64,000 bases of DNA from Eledone cirrhosa. Taxonomy: Eukaryota. The stretch is from assembly GCA_964016885.1 (NCBI GenBank), contig OZ024765.1:19716001-19780000 (forward strand), given 5' to 3'. The first letter of the stretch is position 1. The number at the start of each line of letters is the position of its first letter. Positions 26,580-40,104 of the stretch are shown here, in pieces. A program made the translations under genes and the position numbers. The notes below the pieces were generated by a model that saw only the letters and a list, made by a program, of their open reading frames with translations, did not search any database and was not told the origin of the DNA.

Positions 26580-27148
26580 AAGACAATGTCACTGGACAGA
26601 GACCTTTGGCGGTACTCAGTAATAGAGAAGACCCGCCTTACCTAAATACAAAGTAAAACCTACTACAATCAGTAGGCATCTCTAACAAAATACATCCCCG
26701 TCCCACCACCTCCACCCCATCCACACCGCCCCTTCAATGTAAAGTTATGTTGGTGCCACAACATCCAGGCTGAAACAAATGAGATCGTGTAGGTGTCACG
26801 ACAAAAAAAACACACAGTCCACGCTGTAATGTGGCCGTGTAGGCAACACGGTAAAAACCTCTCAGTCCCACACTGTAAATGTGGTTGGTGTTAGGAAGGG
26901 CATCCAGCTGTAGAAAACCCGCCAGACAGTCCACGCTGTAATGTGGCCGTGTAGGCAACACGGTAAAAACCTCCCAGCCCCACACTGTAAATGTGGTTGG
27001 TGTTAGGAAGGGCATCCAGCTGTAGAAAACCCGCCAGATAGTCCTATGCGAGCAAGATAATCACTCTTGCCTCAAGTGGGAAAACCCCGTCCAAACCCAT
27101 GCAAGCGTGGAACACGGACGTTAAATGTTGATGATGATGATGATGATG

Positions 27149-27150
<2 letters not shown>
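26580..27150 (+). mobile_element. RTE family A 3' end with internal duplication
   Basis: Matches 14900-15336; the segment at about 26815-26930 is duplicated. Confidence 0.88.
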
Positions 27151-27179
<29 letters not shown>

Positions 27180-27544
27180 AGTATATTTTTCATTTTTTTC
27201 AATTTACGTCCACTTTTTCCCTGCTTGCAAGGGTGGGACGGGAACTGATTCTGGCTTGATTTCTACAGCTGGATGCCCTTCCTAACACCAACCTCATTTA
27301 CAGTGAGTGCTGGGTGCTTTTTTGCCATGGCACCTCCACGACCACTTTGCAGTGGAATGATATGGACCCCAGTCCCTATCATCTCATTTCTACAGCTGAG
27401 TAAACTGGAGCAATGTGAAATAAAGTGTCTTGCTCAAGGAAACAACACATCACCCGATCTGAGAATTGCACTCACAACCTTTCGATTGCAAGGCCAATGC
27501 TCTAACCACTAAGCCATGTGCCTCCATATATATATGTATATATA

Positions 27545-28830
27545 CGAGGAGGGATCAAAAAGTTCGCGGAATTTTATCGTAGTAAGAAAAAAATAGATTA
27601 AAACAATATTAAACATGTCAGAACATTGTCACTGGGTCTTTACCTTGCTATTAGTCACTTGCAGTCAGTTATGCACGGACTATTGTACAGTACTGACACT
27701 CTTTAAAAAACCTCTTTTTGGAACAATGGAAAATAGTTATTTTGAGATAAGATCGAATATCAAGTTTCTGGTTAAACTCAAATGGAAAGGGACACAGATT
27801 ATGGAGGCTTTAGTTAAAGTTTACGGTACTACTGCTCCAAAGTAAACTGCTGTCTACAAGTGGATTCAGCGATTCAAACAAGGGAGAGACGACCTTGAAG
27901 ACGACCATCGCAGTGGAAGACTAGGAACATCAAAAAATGACCAAAACGTTGAGGCTGCTCAGACTTTAATTGAAGAAGATCGAAGAATAACAGTTAATCA
28001 GTTAGCTAAGTCCATAGACATTTCATATGGTTCGGCAAATGATAATTTGGGACTAAGCAAGCTTTCAGCGCGATGGGTCCCAAAAGCGTTGCGCCCTGAT
28101 CAGCTGATTCTTCGAAGTGATCTGTCTTTCGCGATATTAAACAAAATTGAAGTTGATGAAGAGCATTTCCTGACCAGAATCATCACCAGAGATGAAACCT
28201 GGATCTACCAGTATGATCCTGAATCCAAACAGCAGTCAAAACAGTGGCTTCCACGTGGATCATCGGGGCCAATCAAGTTCAAATCTCAAAAGTCGGATCA
28301 AAAAGTGATGGCCACCATTTTCTGGGATTCAGATGGGGTGATACTAATAGATTATCTTGAAGGTCAAAGAACTGTGACAGGAGCTTACTATGCAAATGTT
28401 TTAAGGAAGCTGAAAGAGGCTTTAGTCAAGAAACGAAAAGGGAAACTTCATGGTGGGATCTTATTTCACCATGACAATGCACCAGCGCATTCTGCGTGGG
28501 TTGCAAAAGAAGTTCTTCGAGAATTTCGATGGGAAGTGCTTCCTCACCCGCCTTATAGTCCAGATTTACCCTCATCAGACTTTTTCCTCATTCCAAAACT
28601 CAAAGAAATGCTAAAAGGAACCCTTTTTAGAGGTGTTGAAGAAACTAAAAAAACTGCCAACACATGGCTTTGAACAAGGCCTTCAACTTTCTTTACGATG
28701 GAAGAATCGCCTTGTCAAGTGTATTGACCTGGATAGCAACTATGTAGAAAAATAAATTGATGGTAAATCATATTTTTTTTAAAATAGAATATTTTCTGAA
28801 AAATTCCGCGAACTTTTTGATTCCCCCTCG
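27545..28830 (+). mobile_element. Full-length (about 1.29 kb) mariner transposon, irritans/Hsmar2-like, defective
   Basis: TA TSDs; TIRs CGAGGAGGGATCAAAAAGTTCGCGGAATTT / AAATTCCGCGAACTTTTTGATTCCCCCTCG. Confidence 0.95.
27726..28760 (+). pseudogene. DD34D mariner transposase pseudogene
   Basis: Motifs WVPKAL, TRDETW, HDNAPAH and HPPYSPDLPSSDF. Stop at about 27843, a probable frameshift near 28040, and a stop at 28671. Confidence 0.93.
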
Positions 28831-28832
28831 TA

Positions 28833-29598
28833 TCATCATCATCATCATCATCATCAGGTTTAGCGTCCGTGTTCCACGCTTGCATGGGTTTGGACGGGGG
28901 TTTTCCCACTTGAGGCAAGAGTGGTTGTCTTGCTCGCATAGGACTGTCTGGCGGGTTTTCTACAGTTGGATGCCCTTCCTAACACCAACCACATTTACAG
29001 TGTGGGGCTGGGAGGTTTTTACCGTGTTGCCTACACGGCCACATTACAGCGTGGACTGTCTGGCGGGTTTTCTACAGCTGGATGCCCTTCCTAACACCAA
29101 CCACATTTACAGTGTGGGGCTGGGAGGTTTTTACCGTGTTGCCTACACGGCCACATTTACAGCGTGGACTGTGTGTTTTTTGTCGTGACACCTACACGAT
29201 CTCATTTGTTTCGGCCTGGATGTTGTGGGACCAACATAACTTTACATTGAAAGGGGCGGTGTGGAGGGACGGGGGTGTGTTTTGATAGAGGTGCCTACTG
29301 ACTGTAGTAGGTTTTTACTTTGTATTTAGGTAAGGCGGGTCTTCTCTATTACTGAGTACCGCCAAAGGTCTCGGTCCAGTGACATTGTCTTGGAGAGGTG
29401 TAAGCGTGTGAGGTCGGAATTTATCAGCTCGTCCCATGTTTTTCTGGGTCTGCCTACTCCGTGGCTACCGTCTATCTTTATTGCCCTGCACTTTGTTATA
29501 CAGCTGTCGTCTTTCATGCGCATCACGTGACCGTACCAACGTAGCCTTCTCTCGAGTAAACAACATCTGATCCCTCTTATTTCTAATTTTTTCCTTAG
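28833..29598 (-). mobile_element. RTE family A 3' end
   Basis: Encodes [30 protein letters not shown]; (CAT)n tail abuts the mariner. Confidence 0.92.
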
Positions 29599-29686
29599 TT
29601 ATATAATTATATATATAATTAAATAGCTCTGTACTATCCATAGAGCACTCTTCTTTCCTTTACCTTTTCTATGGAAATACATAACA

Positions 29687-29726
<40 letters not shown>

Positions 29727-29732
29727 CATGGT

Positions 29733-29973
29733 TTAACCCTTTAGCATTTAAACCGGCCATATCTGGCCAGAATCCTCTCACCTCTTTCTGTTCAAACCAG
29801 CTGTAACTAGCCACTTATACTGATATTAAGGTATTGTTCTCAAAATAAATAACCTCAAAATCTCATAGATTCAATGTTATGTGAGATAATTCAATGTTAT
29901 GTGAGATAAGTTAAATCATTTACCACAAAAATACAATAGTATATATAGAGTAATGTGAATGGTGAAGGGTTAA
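29733..29973. mobile_element. TTAA MITE
   Basis: TTAACCCTTTAGCATT..GAAGGGTTAA termini; body homologous to 4131-4490. Confidence 0.75.
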
Positions 29974-29977
29974 GAAA

Positions 29978-30365
29978 TCATCATCAACGTTTTACGTCCG
30001 TTCTTCCACGCTAGCATGGGTTAGACGGGTTGTCCTGTTGTGGGCAGTGTCCGGTCGGCTGACCTTGTTTTGCTCATACAGGAACTGATTCTGGCTTGAT
30101 TTCTACAGCTGGATGCCCTTCCTAACACCAACCTCATTTACAGTGAGTGCTGGGTGCTTTTTTTCCGTGGCACCTCCACGACCACTTTACAGTGGAATGA
30201 TATGGACCCCAGTCCCTATCATCTCATTTCTACAGCTGAGTAAACTGAAGCAATGTGAAATAAAGTGTCTTGCTCAAGGAAACAACACATACCCGGTCTG
30301 AGAATTGAACTCACGACCCTTCGATTGCAATGCCAATGCTCTAACCACTAAGCCATGTGCCTCCA
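29978..30365 (-). mobile_element. SINE family A with alternative (RTE-C type) tail
   Basis: Same head as 12557, but tail CCCACAACAGGACAACCCGTCTAACCCATGCTAGCGTGGAAG. Also seen at 40645-41020 and 58290-58684. Confidence 0.88.
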
Positions 30366-30524
30366 TTGATATATTATTATATATGTTCTGTGTTATTACA
30401 AGTCCCATATTTCTGTTGTTAAAACATCTCTTCTGTATTTCTGTCTCTAATGACAGAAACATGTTGTCACGGGAGTTAGGGTTTCTTGATGGTATTTAAA
30501 CTCTCCTTAGGTAATTCATCATGC

Positions 30525-31585
30525 ACGCATACACACACACACACAGATACATACACACACTGACACAGACATACACACACACACACACACACAGATACAT
30601 ACACACACTGACACAGACATACACACACACACACAGACATACACACACACTGACACAGACATACACACACTGACACAGACATACACACACACAGATACAT
30701 ACAGACACTGACACAGACATACACACACACAGATACATACACACACTGACACAGACATACACACACAGATACATACACACACTGAGACAGACATACACAC
30801 ACACAGATACATACACACACTGACACAGACATACACACACACACAGATACATACACACACTGACACAGACATACACACACACAGATACATACACACACTG
30901 ACACAGACATACACACACACAGATACATACACACACACAGATACATACACAGACATACACACACACAGATACATACACACACTGACACAGACATACACAC
31001 ACTGACACAGACATACACACACACAGATACATACACACACACAGATACATACACAGACATACACACACACAGATACATACACACACTGACACAGACATAC
31101 ACACACACAGATACATACACACACACAGATACATACACAGACATACACACACACAGATACATACACACACTGACACAGACATACACACACACAGATACAT
31201 ACACACACTGATACAGACATACACACACACACATATACATACACACACTGACACAGACATACACACACACAGATACATACACACACTGACACAGACATAC
31301 ACACACTGACACAGACATACACATACACAGATACATACACACACACAGATACATACACAGACATACACACACACAGATACATACACACACTGACACAGAC
31401 ATACACACACACAGATACATACACACACTGACACAGACATACACACACTGACACAGACATACACACACACAGATACATACACACACTGACACAGACATAC
31501 ACACACAGGCATTCACAGACAGACACACACAGAGGCAGACACACACAGAGGCAGACACACAGACACACAGACATACACACTCACA
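30525..31585. repeat. Compound CA-rich microsatellite/minisatellite (CACACTGACACAGACATA)
   Basis: Visible periodicity; the Cys/Val ORFs are artefacts. Confidence 0.93.
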
Positions 31586-31928
31586 TACATCGTGAATGGT
31601 CTTCAAAATGTCTTAAAATAAACATACAGTATATTATCAAATATACTATACATACTGTGTGTGCATTGGTTGTGTATACATATGGTTATTCTTTCAATAT
31701 CCAATTGAGTTCTTATACACGTGCTTAATACCTAACAGGTTTAAATGACCAGCGTGTATATTGTTTTATTTTAAGATGACCTCCCCTTACCCTTTTGGGA
31801 ACAGCGTGTATTTTATCTTTGGGAGGACTGCTGGATTTTCTAATCTACCAGTCTCTTCTTAGCGCTGAGGGAGACCATCACCATTCTATTAATGTTGATA
31901 TAATTCTTATATCGATATTACTTGGGCA

Positions 31929-32052
31929 TCCACTGATGAGTTTATAAGAGCCCGCTTGTGTATAAAACTATGGATTATATACAAGTTTCTACATAACCTG
32001 GACATTATTTATCCCAAATTGTAGAAATCTTACAATGAAACGATCGTCTGGA
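31929..32052 (+). ncRNA. Type I hammerhead with branched stem II of about 97 nt
   Basis: TCCA-CTGATGA-GTTTATAAGA..TCTTACAAT-GAA-ACGATCGT-C-TGGA. Internal hairpins CTTGTGTATAA/TTATATACAAG and TTTCTACA/TGTAGAAA. Confidence 0.8.
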
Positions 32053-32201
32053 AGGAAAGAGATATTTAATTATGTCTCATATAAAATAATACAACCAGCT
32101 ATCCACGAAATACTGATTAGTTAGCACCCCAAACACTAAACTGGGATAATACTTGATAACTGGGATAATAAATGAAGATGTATGAATAAAACTGTCTCTC
32201 T

Positions 32202-32278
<77 letters not shown>

Positions 32279-32395
32279 CATGTATAGTAATAATAATAAA
32301 TGTGAAGACTAAAATCGAAAGAGGGCTCGATAAGGATAAATATATATCAAATATATAAGAACCGTAGACCAAATATTATTTTAAATAACAGATTA

Positions 32396-32447
32396 AAGTT
32401 TAAGCAAAGAATCGCTGCTTTCACCCTTAACAGGATCTTCTGAAACT
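32396..32447 (-). ncRNA. Hammerhead motif with variant core CAGAAGA
   Basis: AGTTT-CAGAAGA-TCCTGTTAAGGGT-GAA-AGCA..TGCT-T-AAACT. Confidence 0.62.
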
Positions 32448-32923
32448 AAAAAAATCAATCTGTGAACACAGAAGTAAATATTTCGAAAAACGTTGCAACC
32501 GAAGGAAAACAGGAAGACGATACTTTGGTTCGTGAAGACGTTCCCTGGCAATGAATGGAAAAAAGCAGAGATAATACGTCATTATGTGGAGCGATGAGAA
32601 CAATTACACGCAAAGACAAAACCACGTTTATGGTATAAATGAATAAAAGTAATAATAATTAAATATATACATACACAAATCTATATACGTACTTACGCCT
32701 GCATATGCGAAAACACCCGCCATGCATGCACGCATACATACATAAACCCGAGTGACACATGTACCTGCACACATACGAATGTATACACCAAATACACATA
32801 AAAAAATATGTGTGTGTGTATACTTATAATTATATAAACATATATAAATATACACACATAAATACGTATATAATGCGCACAAACATTCCTACAGGTAAAT
32901 ACACATAATATATATATATATAA

Positions 32924-33148
<225 letters not shown>

Positions 33149-33323
33149 TTCTACCTAGAGTTGCGACCAATAGATAGTACTAGCATTTGGAAAGACCAAC
33201 GGAAACATTGTTTCCTCGGTCCAATTTGACGAAAGTCGATCAACAAATTTAAAAAAAATTATAAATATATATATATATAAATTCAAAATATTAACAAAAA
33301 TAAACATTCGTGTGATCAAGTAT

Positions 33324-33388
33324 ATTTTATTATACATATTTCAGAGGTACTGAGCAAACGTCAACAGTAGGTCCTCATCAGATAAAAT
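33324..33388 (-). ncRNA. Type I hammerhead motif
   Basis: ATTTTAT-CTGATGA-GGACCTACTG..CAGTACCTCT-GAA-ATATGTAT-A-ATAAAAT. Confidence 0.8.
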
Positions 33389-33814
33389 AAGATAATGCAT
33401 AACATACCCTGACTAAGTAGTTGGTTAAAATTCAGTGATGGCAGTGAATAAGATATGACAAAACTCAATATTTATATACTTTAAGATTGAGACATGAAAA
33501 AATTACATATAATACAACTCCGGAAAACCAAATACTGTGGAGTGCTTCTAATCTATTGTAGAACTTTATTCTTTGATTTATTCATTGAACCTTGTTTAAC
33601 CTTTAAATATATATATATACTTGGTTAACCAGGAATCTTTAAAATTCTTCCCACCGAAGTTAACAAAGAACTTACTAGATCTACCAACTCATAATATTAT
33701 AATATTATAAAATTAAATCAAATTATTTAACACTGCAAGTGAAGTCATTCTTTTCCTTTTTTTTCAAATATATCTAACTGTACCAAGGATCTCACACATT
33801 TTCCAATATATATA

Positions 33815-34307
33815 TCATCATCATCATCATCATTTTACGTCCGCTTTTCCCTGCTTGCAAGGGTGGGACGGGTCTTATTCAGCACAGCATCTCTCCACTC
33901 GTCACGGTCCCTCGTCATCTCCACCGTGAGCTTCAATGATCTGAGGTCTGTTCTCACCACCTCCGCCCACGTTTTTCGTGGTCTACCTCTACCACGTCTT
34001 CCTGCAACTGGCAATTCCTGGCACTTCTTCACCCATCGGTCATCCTCCATGCGCATCACATGTCCATACCACCTCAGTCTCCTCTCCCGCACACTACATT
34101 CTATCTCTCTCAGACACAGTTTCTCTCTCAACACATTTATGTTGGGTCGTTCACGCACATTTACACTGCACATCCAACGGAGCATGCTTGCCTCATTTCT
34201 CTCCAGCCGTCGCATATCCTCTGCAGTTGCTGCCCATGTCTCACTACCATGCAGCATCGCGCTCCTCACACAGGCATCATACAACCGGCCTTTCGTACGC
34301 AGGGAGA
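33815..34307 (-). mobile_element. RTE family B 3' fragment
   Basis: Encodes [28 protein letters not shown]; (CAT)n tail. Confidence 0.93.
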
Positions 34308-34583
34308 AACATAATATATACAGTAAAAATAATTATGAAGACCAAAATTCAAAGAGGGCTTGATAAGGATTATATATATATTATATATATAAAAGTATAT
34401 ATAACCCCGAATAAATATATAAATATATATATATATATACACACATTACAGTTTTAAATTCTGATATCACGCTTTAGTATAAAAGTCATGACATGGTTAT
34501 CATCTGCTAAAATCATGAAAAAAACTCGGCTATAAAAGCTGACATACTTATGTGGATGACTATATGTATATATACATATATAC

Positions 34584-34619
<36 letters not shown>

Positions 34620-34761
34620 AAAACTGTAGGCAAGTTATACTTCAGACCCACTGTTTATCTTTGAGATATGTGGGATATATATGTTGTTTATCTGTCTAAG
34701 TCTGTGTGTATTTATATATATATTTATAGATACATACATATGCATATATATATATATATAC

Positions 34762-34801
<40 letters not shown>

Positions 34802-34859
34802 TTTAATATAGAAAAGCTTCTACGGGACTAGAACTGCTTCTTATATATATATACATACA

Positions 34860-34891
<32 letters not shown>

Positions 34892-34898
34892 CATATAC

Positions 34899-35085
<187 letters not shown>

Positions 35086-35163
35086 TATATATATATATAT
35101 ATATATGTGTATATATATATATATATATGTGTATATATATATATATATGTGTATATATATATA

Positions 35164-35226
<63 letters not shown>

Positions 35227-35310
35227 TCCAGAAATAGCCGTCGAAACGGCTTGAGCTCTGCCGTCGGGGTCATACTTGTTCCTATATATATACATATATA
35301 TATATATATT

Positions 35311-35344
<34 letters not shown>

Positions 35345-35358
35345 CATACATATATATA

Positions 35359-35402
<44 letters not shown>

Positions 35403-35651
35403 AGCCATATATGTATATTTGGCCTTGCTTTAAAATAATATTGAAGTTTCAGTCACAAGGGAGAGTAACGTTGACTGAGTTAGTGTGATTGTGACACACA
35501 CACATGCACGTGCACACACGTACACACGCACACATACACATATACACACACACTCACAAATGCACACACACATATATACATACATTGCAAGACGTATGCA
35601 GTTGTATTCCAGATCACATTCCCCTGGGTCATCTTATAGACAATCTCTGTA

Positions 35652-35717
<66 letters not shown>

Positions 35718-36130
35718 GTAGGAGGTGAGTTTTATTGTAGTACAATAAAGCAATGCAGATATCGGATAAGAAGCACTCTACAGTTTGTAGGACTGGAGTA
35801 TACATATAATATAAGAACAAAAGATGGTTAAAAGAGTTCCATGTATTTTATTATGCGCATTTCAAAAACAAATATCATCATGCAATAATATTTGTGTTTT
35901 CATCAGATAAAACAGGAAGACATGATATGAAGGTTAAAAAAACACTTGTGGATAGTGCATATGTTGATTTAAAACTGCACTATCCACAAGTGTTTTTTAA
36001 CCTTCATATCATGTCTTCCTGTTTTATCTGATGAAAACACAAATATTATTGCATGATGATATTTGTTTTTGAAATGCACATAATAAAATACATGGAACTC
36101 TTTTAACCATCTCTTGTTCGTATATATTAT
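35718..36130. mobile_element. Penelope-like cassette with inverted arms of about 150 bp, each carrying a hammerhead
   Basis: Inverted repeat 35805-35959 / 35976-36130. HHR at 35845-35913 (-) and 36021-36089 (+): TTTTAT-CTGATGA..GAA-ATGCGCAT-A-ATAAAA. Confidence 0.85.
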
Positions 36131-36293
36131 ATATATATATATACACACACATATGCATGATTTTGTATTTATATATATATATTTTTTTACCCTCCTTTTA
36201 AATTTTTTTGTTTCCTTTCATTTCTCCCCCTTTTAATGTCTTTCCACCACTCCCCCTCACACCCTCTGAACTCTTTTCCTTCCCATTTTTCTC

Positions 36294-36321
36294 CTGATGA
36301 AGGGCTTATGCCCGAAACGTC
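36294..36321 (+). ncRNA. Minimal hammerhead core (stem I disrupted)
   Basis: CTGATGA-AGGGC ttat GCCC-GAA-ACGT-C. Confidence 0.55.
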
Positions 36322-36539
36322 GTCCCCCACCCCCCACTCTCAAGCGTGAGCCTAATACTTTGTACTTCTTACTTTATTATAGTTTAGATAGAATGAGGAA
36401 AGCACACACACATACACCTCATACATACACACACAAACACACCTCATACACACACACACCTCATAATGTATGGGTTTGTGCAAATGTAAGGAATTATAAT
36501 TAAAGATGTTGAAAGATAGTTTTGTTTCGATCATCCATC

Positions 36540-36882
36540 ATTATTTTCATCACCACCATCATCATTACTATCACCATCACCATCACCATCATCATCATCA
36601 TCATCACCACCATCATCATCATCACCACCATCATCACCATCACCACCATCACCATCACCATTATCACCACCACCAACCACCATCAACATCATCACCATCA
36701 CCATCATCACCCTACCTATAAATGCCAGCTACCACCACCACCACCACCACCACCCTACCTATAAATGCCAGCTACCACCACCACCACCACCACCATCATC
36801 ACCATCACCACTACACTTGACACAACCACCATCAACATCATCACCATCACCACCACCCTACCTATAAATGCCAGCTACCACC

Positions 36883-36913
<31 letters not shown>

Positions 36914-37107
36914 CCATCACCACTACACTTGACACAACCACCATCAACATCATCACTATCACCATCACCACCCTACCTATAAATGCCAGGTACCACCACC
37001 ACCACCACCATCATCATCACCATCACCACTACACTTGACACAACCACCATCAACATCATCACCATCACCACCCTACCTATAAATGCCAGCTACCACCACC
37101 ACCACCA
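36540..37107. repeat. (CAC/CAT)n array with higher-order unit CCTACCTATAAATGCCAGCTA
   Basis: The unique motif recurs 5 times within the trinucleotide array. Confidence 0.9.
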
Positions 37108-37311
37108 ATAACTAACCAATAAACCACATGACACACCTTCAAAGATTTCTGTGGGAAAAACAATAACAATAACAATAACACAAAAAAAAAAAATGAATTA
37201 AAAAAGAAACCAATGAAATATTTTTATTGTGTTTCCTGTTGTCAGTATATTCAGCATTCCAATAATTATTGCCATAATTATCTCCCCTTTATCCATACTT
37301 ACACACACACT

Positions 37312-37400
<89 letters not shown>

Positions 37401-37501
37401 ACACACACATATATAAAACATCAGTCAACTGATGAGATGGGACTAATGTATTCGTTTATTTTCCTGTCTTCGCCCATATTTTTTATGCATTTATATATAT
37501 A

Positions 37502-39137
37502 CTAGCTGAATGACCCGGCGTTGCCTGGGTTACTGCTGTTCTTATTCAAGATATGAAGATATATTTTTTCTCATAGTTATTTCGAAATAAGTATATTTTA
37601 TTAAAAAAATATCAAAATTGTAATGATAACAGAATTTAGAAATGAAAATCTGTCAATCTTGAAACACTGTAGGGTAAACAATATTCATTGTGTCATTTTT
37701 TGTTGGTGTCCAAATGAATAAATTGTTGCTACTTCCAACTCGTGAGCAACTAACATAGAGTTGACTGTGGGTGAAACATGTAGTAGAGAGATCAAGTCCA
37801 GCTACCTTGAGGGAAACATGTAGTAGAGAGATCAAGTCCAGCTACCTTGAGGGAAACATGTAGTAGAGAGATCAAGTCCAGCTACCTTGAGGGAAACATG
37901 TAGTAGAGAGATCAAGTCCAGCTACCTTGAGGGAAACATGTAGTAGAGAGATCAAGTCCAGCTACCTTGAGGGAAACATGTAGTAGAGAGATCAAGTCCA
38001 GCTACCTTGAAGGAAACATGTAGTAGAGAGATCAAGTCCAGCTACCTTGAGGGAAACATGTAGTAGAGAGATCAAGTCCAGCTACCTTGAGGGAAACATG
38101 TAGTAGAGAGATCAAGTCCAGCTACCTTGAGGGAAACATGTAGTAGAGAGATCAAGTCCAGCTACCTTGAGGGATTGACTCTGAGATTTGTTAATTGAAA
38201 TAGCAAAACTTAGTTTGACTGGAAACTGAAGCCTCTTAAATTCAAATGGAACAGCTGTGGGTATGTAATGAATTATGGGAATAAAGACATTTTTTTTCAA
38301 TATTGTAAACAAATAAGTATCAACATTCAAAAGAAATACATATTAATCTCTATTTTTGTATCCAGTGTAAATTAACGAAATATAAACAAATGTATTAACT
38401 GCTAATTTAACGGTATGAGAATATAAATATAAACGAACAGACACACATACACTCACACAGACATACACTTATAAAAACCACACGCAGACATACATTCATA
38501 CAAACACACAAACTTATAAAAAGCACACGCAGACATATATTCATACAAACACACACATAGTTTCACCCACAAACACACACATAGTTTCACCCATGAAGAG
38601 ACACATATACACTCACACAAACTTATAAAAAAACACACACAGACATACATTCATACAAACACACACACAGTTTCACTCCCAGCTTTCGTTATGTCAGTCG
38701 TCACAGAAATCTATGTATACTTACACATACATACACTCTCACATACACTCACACACATATGTAGATGTATGTGTGTGTTTCATTCTCTGTGTATCTGATT
38801 AAATATTTACGTGAAGATGTGTGTGTATGTAACTTACTAAGGCCTAACGTACATAAGGAACGTGAAAACACACACGCACACTCACAGACACATACACACT
38901 CATATACAAAATGTGACGTTGCTGTGTTATAAAATGTTCATTTACTTAGTTGTCTATAGTAAATTATTTTAGATAAAATGTTATATTGTTTTAATCCAAA
39001 TGATAATAAAAATTATATGTTATTAATCCCGGGGTCTAATACTATTTCCCTGTAACATTTGATTTGATTTGGTTGAGCCGTTTGGGAATGCATAAGGAAA
39101 AGACAGACATACAGAGTGACAAAGAATTTTATATAGA
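37502..39137 (-). mobile_element. Non-autonomous Helitron with Pif1-like helicase C-terminal remnant
   Basis: On the minus strand: 5' A|TC, 3' hairpin ACCCAGGC aac GCCGGGT then CTAG|T. Peptides FKRLQFPVKLSFAISINKSQSQSL and FTHSQLYVSCSRV. Confidence 0.9.
37773..38173. repeat. 40-bp tandem array (about 10 copies) inside the Helitron helicase remnant
   Basis: Unit GGGAAACATGTAGTAGAGAGATCAAGTCCAGCTACCTTGA. Confidence 0.95.
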
Positions 39138-39180
39138 TATATATATATACACATTAATATATATGATAAACACAAAATGT

Positions 39181-39524
39181 GTTTGCATTGCAACAGACAA
39201 AGTTAGCTATCAATGAAATAAACTAATTAAAGTGAATACAATTTGTCAGCACAGAAGATTTGGATATTTCACTTTTTATTTCAATTCCATTTCGATTCTC
39301 TTTATTTTTCAATTCATGTACCATCGTTGCGAAACATATTTAGGTTTCGAAGTTCAAATTCATCTACGGAGCGGGTTTGGATTTTGAAATTTAGATTTGT
39401 CCAGGAATCACGGCCTTTGCCAATATAAGCTTGTCTTTATTGACTTATATCGAGACAGACAAATTGTATTCACTTTAATTAGTTTATTTCATTGATAGCT
39501 AACTTTGTCTGTTGCAATGCAAAC
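39181..39524. repeat. 67-bp inverted repeat with spacer of about 210 bp
   Basis: GTTTGCATTGCAACAGACAAAG..ATTTGTC pairs with GACAAAT..CTTTGTCTGTTGCAATGCAAAC. Confidence 0.85.
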
Positions 39525-40068
39525 GTGTGTGTATGTGTGTGTGTGTGTGTGTGTGTGTATCTGATTTAGAATGGGTACAACATATCAGTGCTTATTGTAA
39601 GAAGCAAATAAATGGGTTGGTGTCAGGAAGGACATCTAGCTGTAAAACATTACTTTAAACAGTCCTGTCTAACCAATGCCAGCATGGAAAGGTTGATGTA
39701 ATATAATAATAATAATAATAATGAAATTATTGTGTACAGTGCTCAGGTGCACTACAACTCATCAAAGGTGCATGTGTTTATCATATATATTAATGTATTT
39801 AACTGCTCGGAAATGCCCCTTTCTTGGAGCTGATTTATTGTAAACGACTGAGAGTTTAATCTCAAAATATAATATAGTATATATATATATATATAAGGGC
39901 GGTGCCTCAGCCGGATGGCTGAAACAGGTAAAAGAGTAAAAGAGTATATGTTTTCCAAGAGATGGTGATCTGCTGAATAGACCTGCTTTTTCTCAAAGTA
40001 ATTTTTTTTGTATCTGCCTCTGTACAATCTCTTCTACTTTTCTATTTCTTCTTTAATTTCTCATTCTA

Positions 40069-40104
40069 TTTTCTGATGAAAGACTAGCGTCCGAAACGTT
40101 AAGA
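40069..40104 (+). ncRNA. Minimal hammerhead motif
   Basis: TTTT-CTGATGA-AAGAC tagc GTCC-GAA-ACGT-T-AAGA. Confidence 0.6.
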
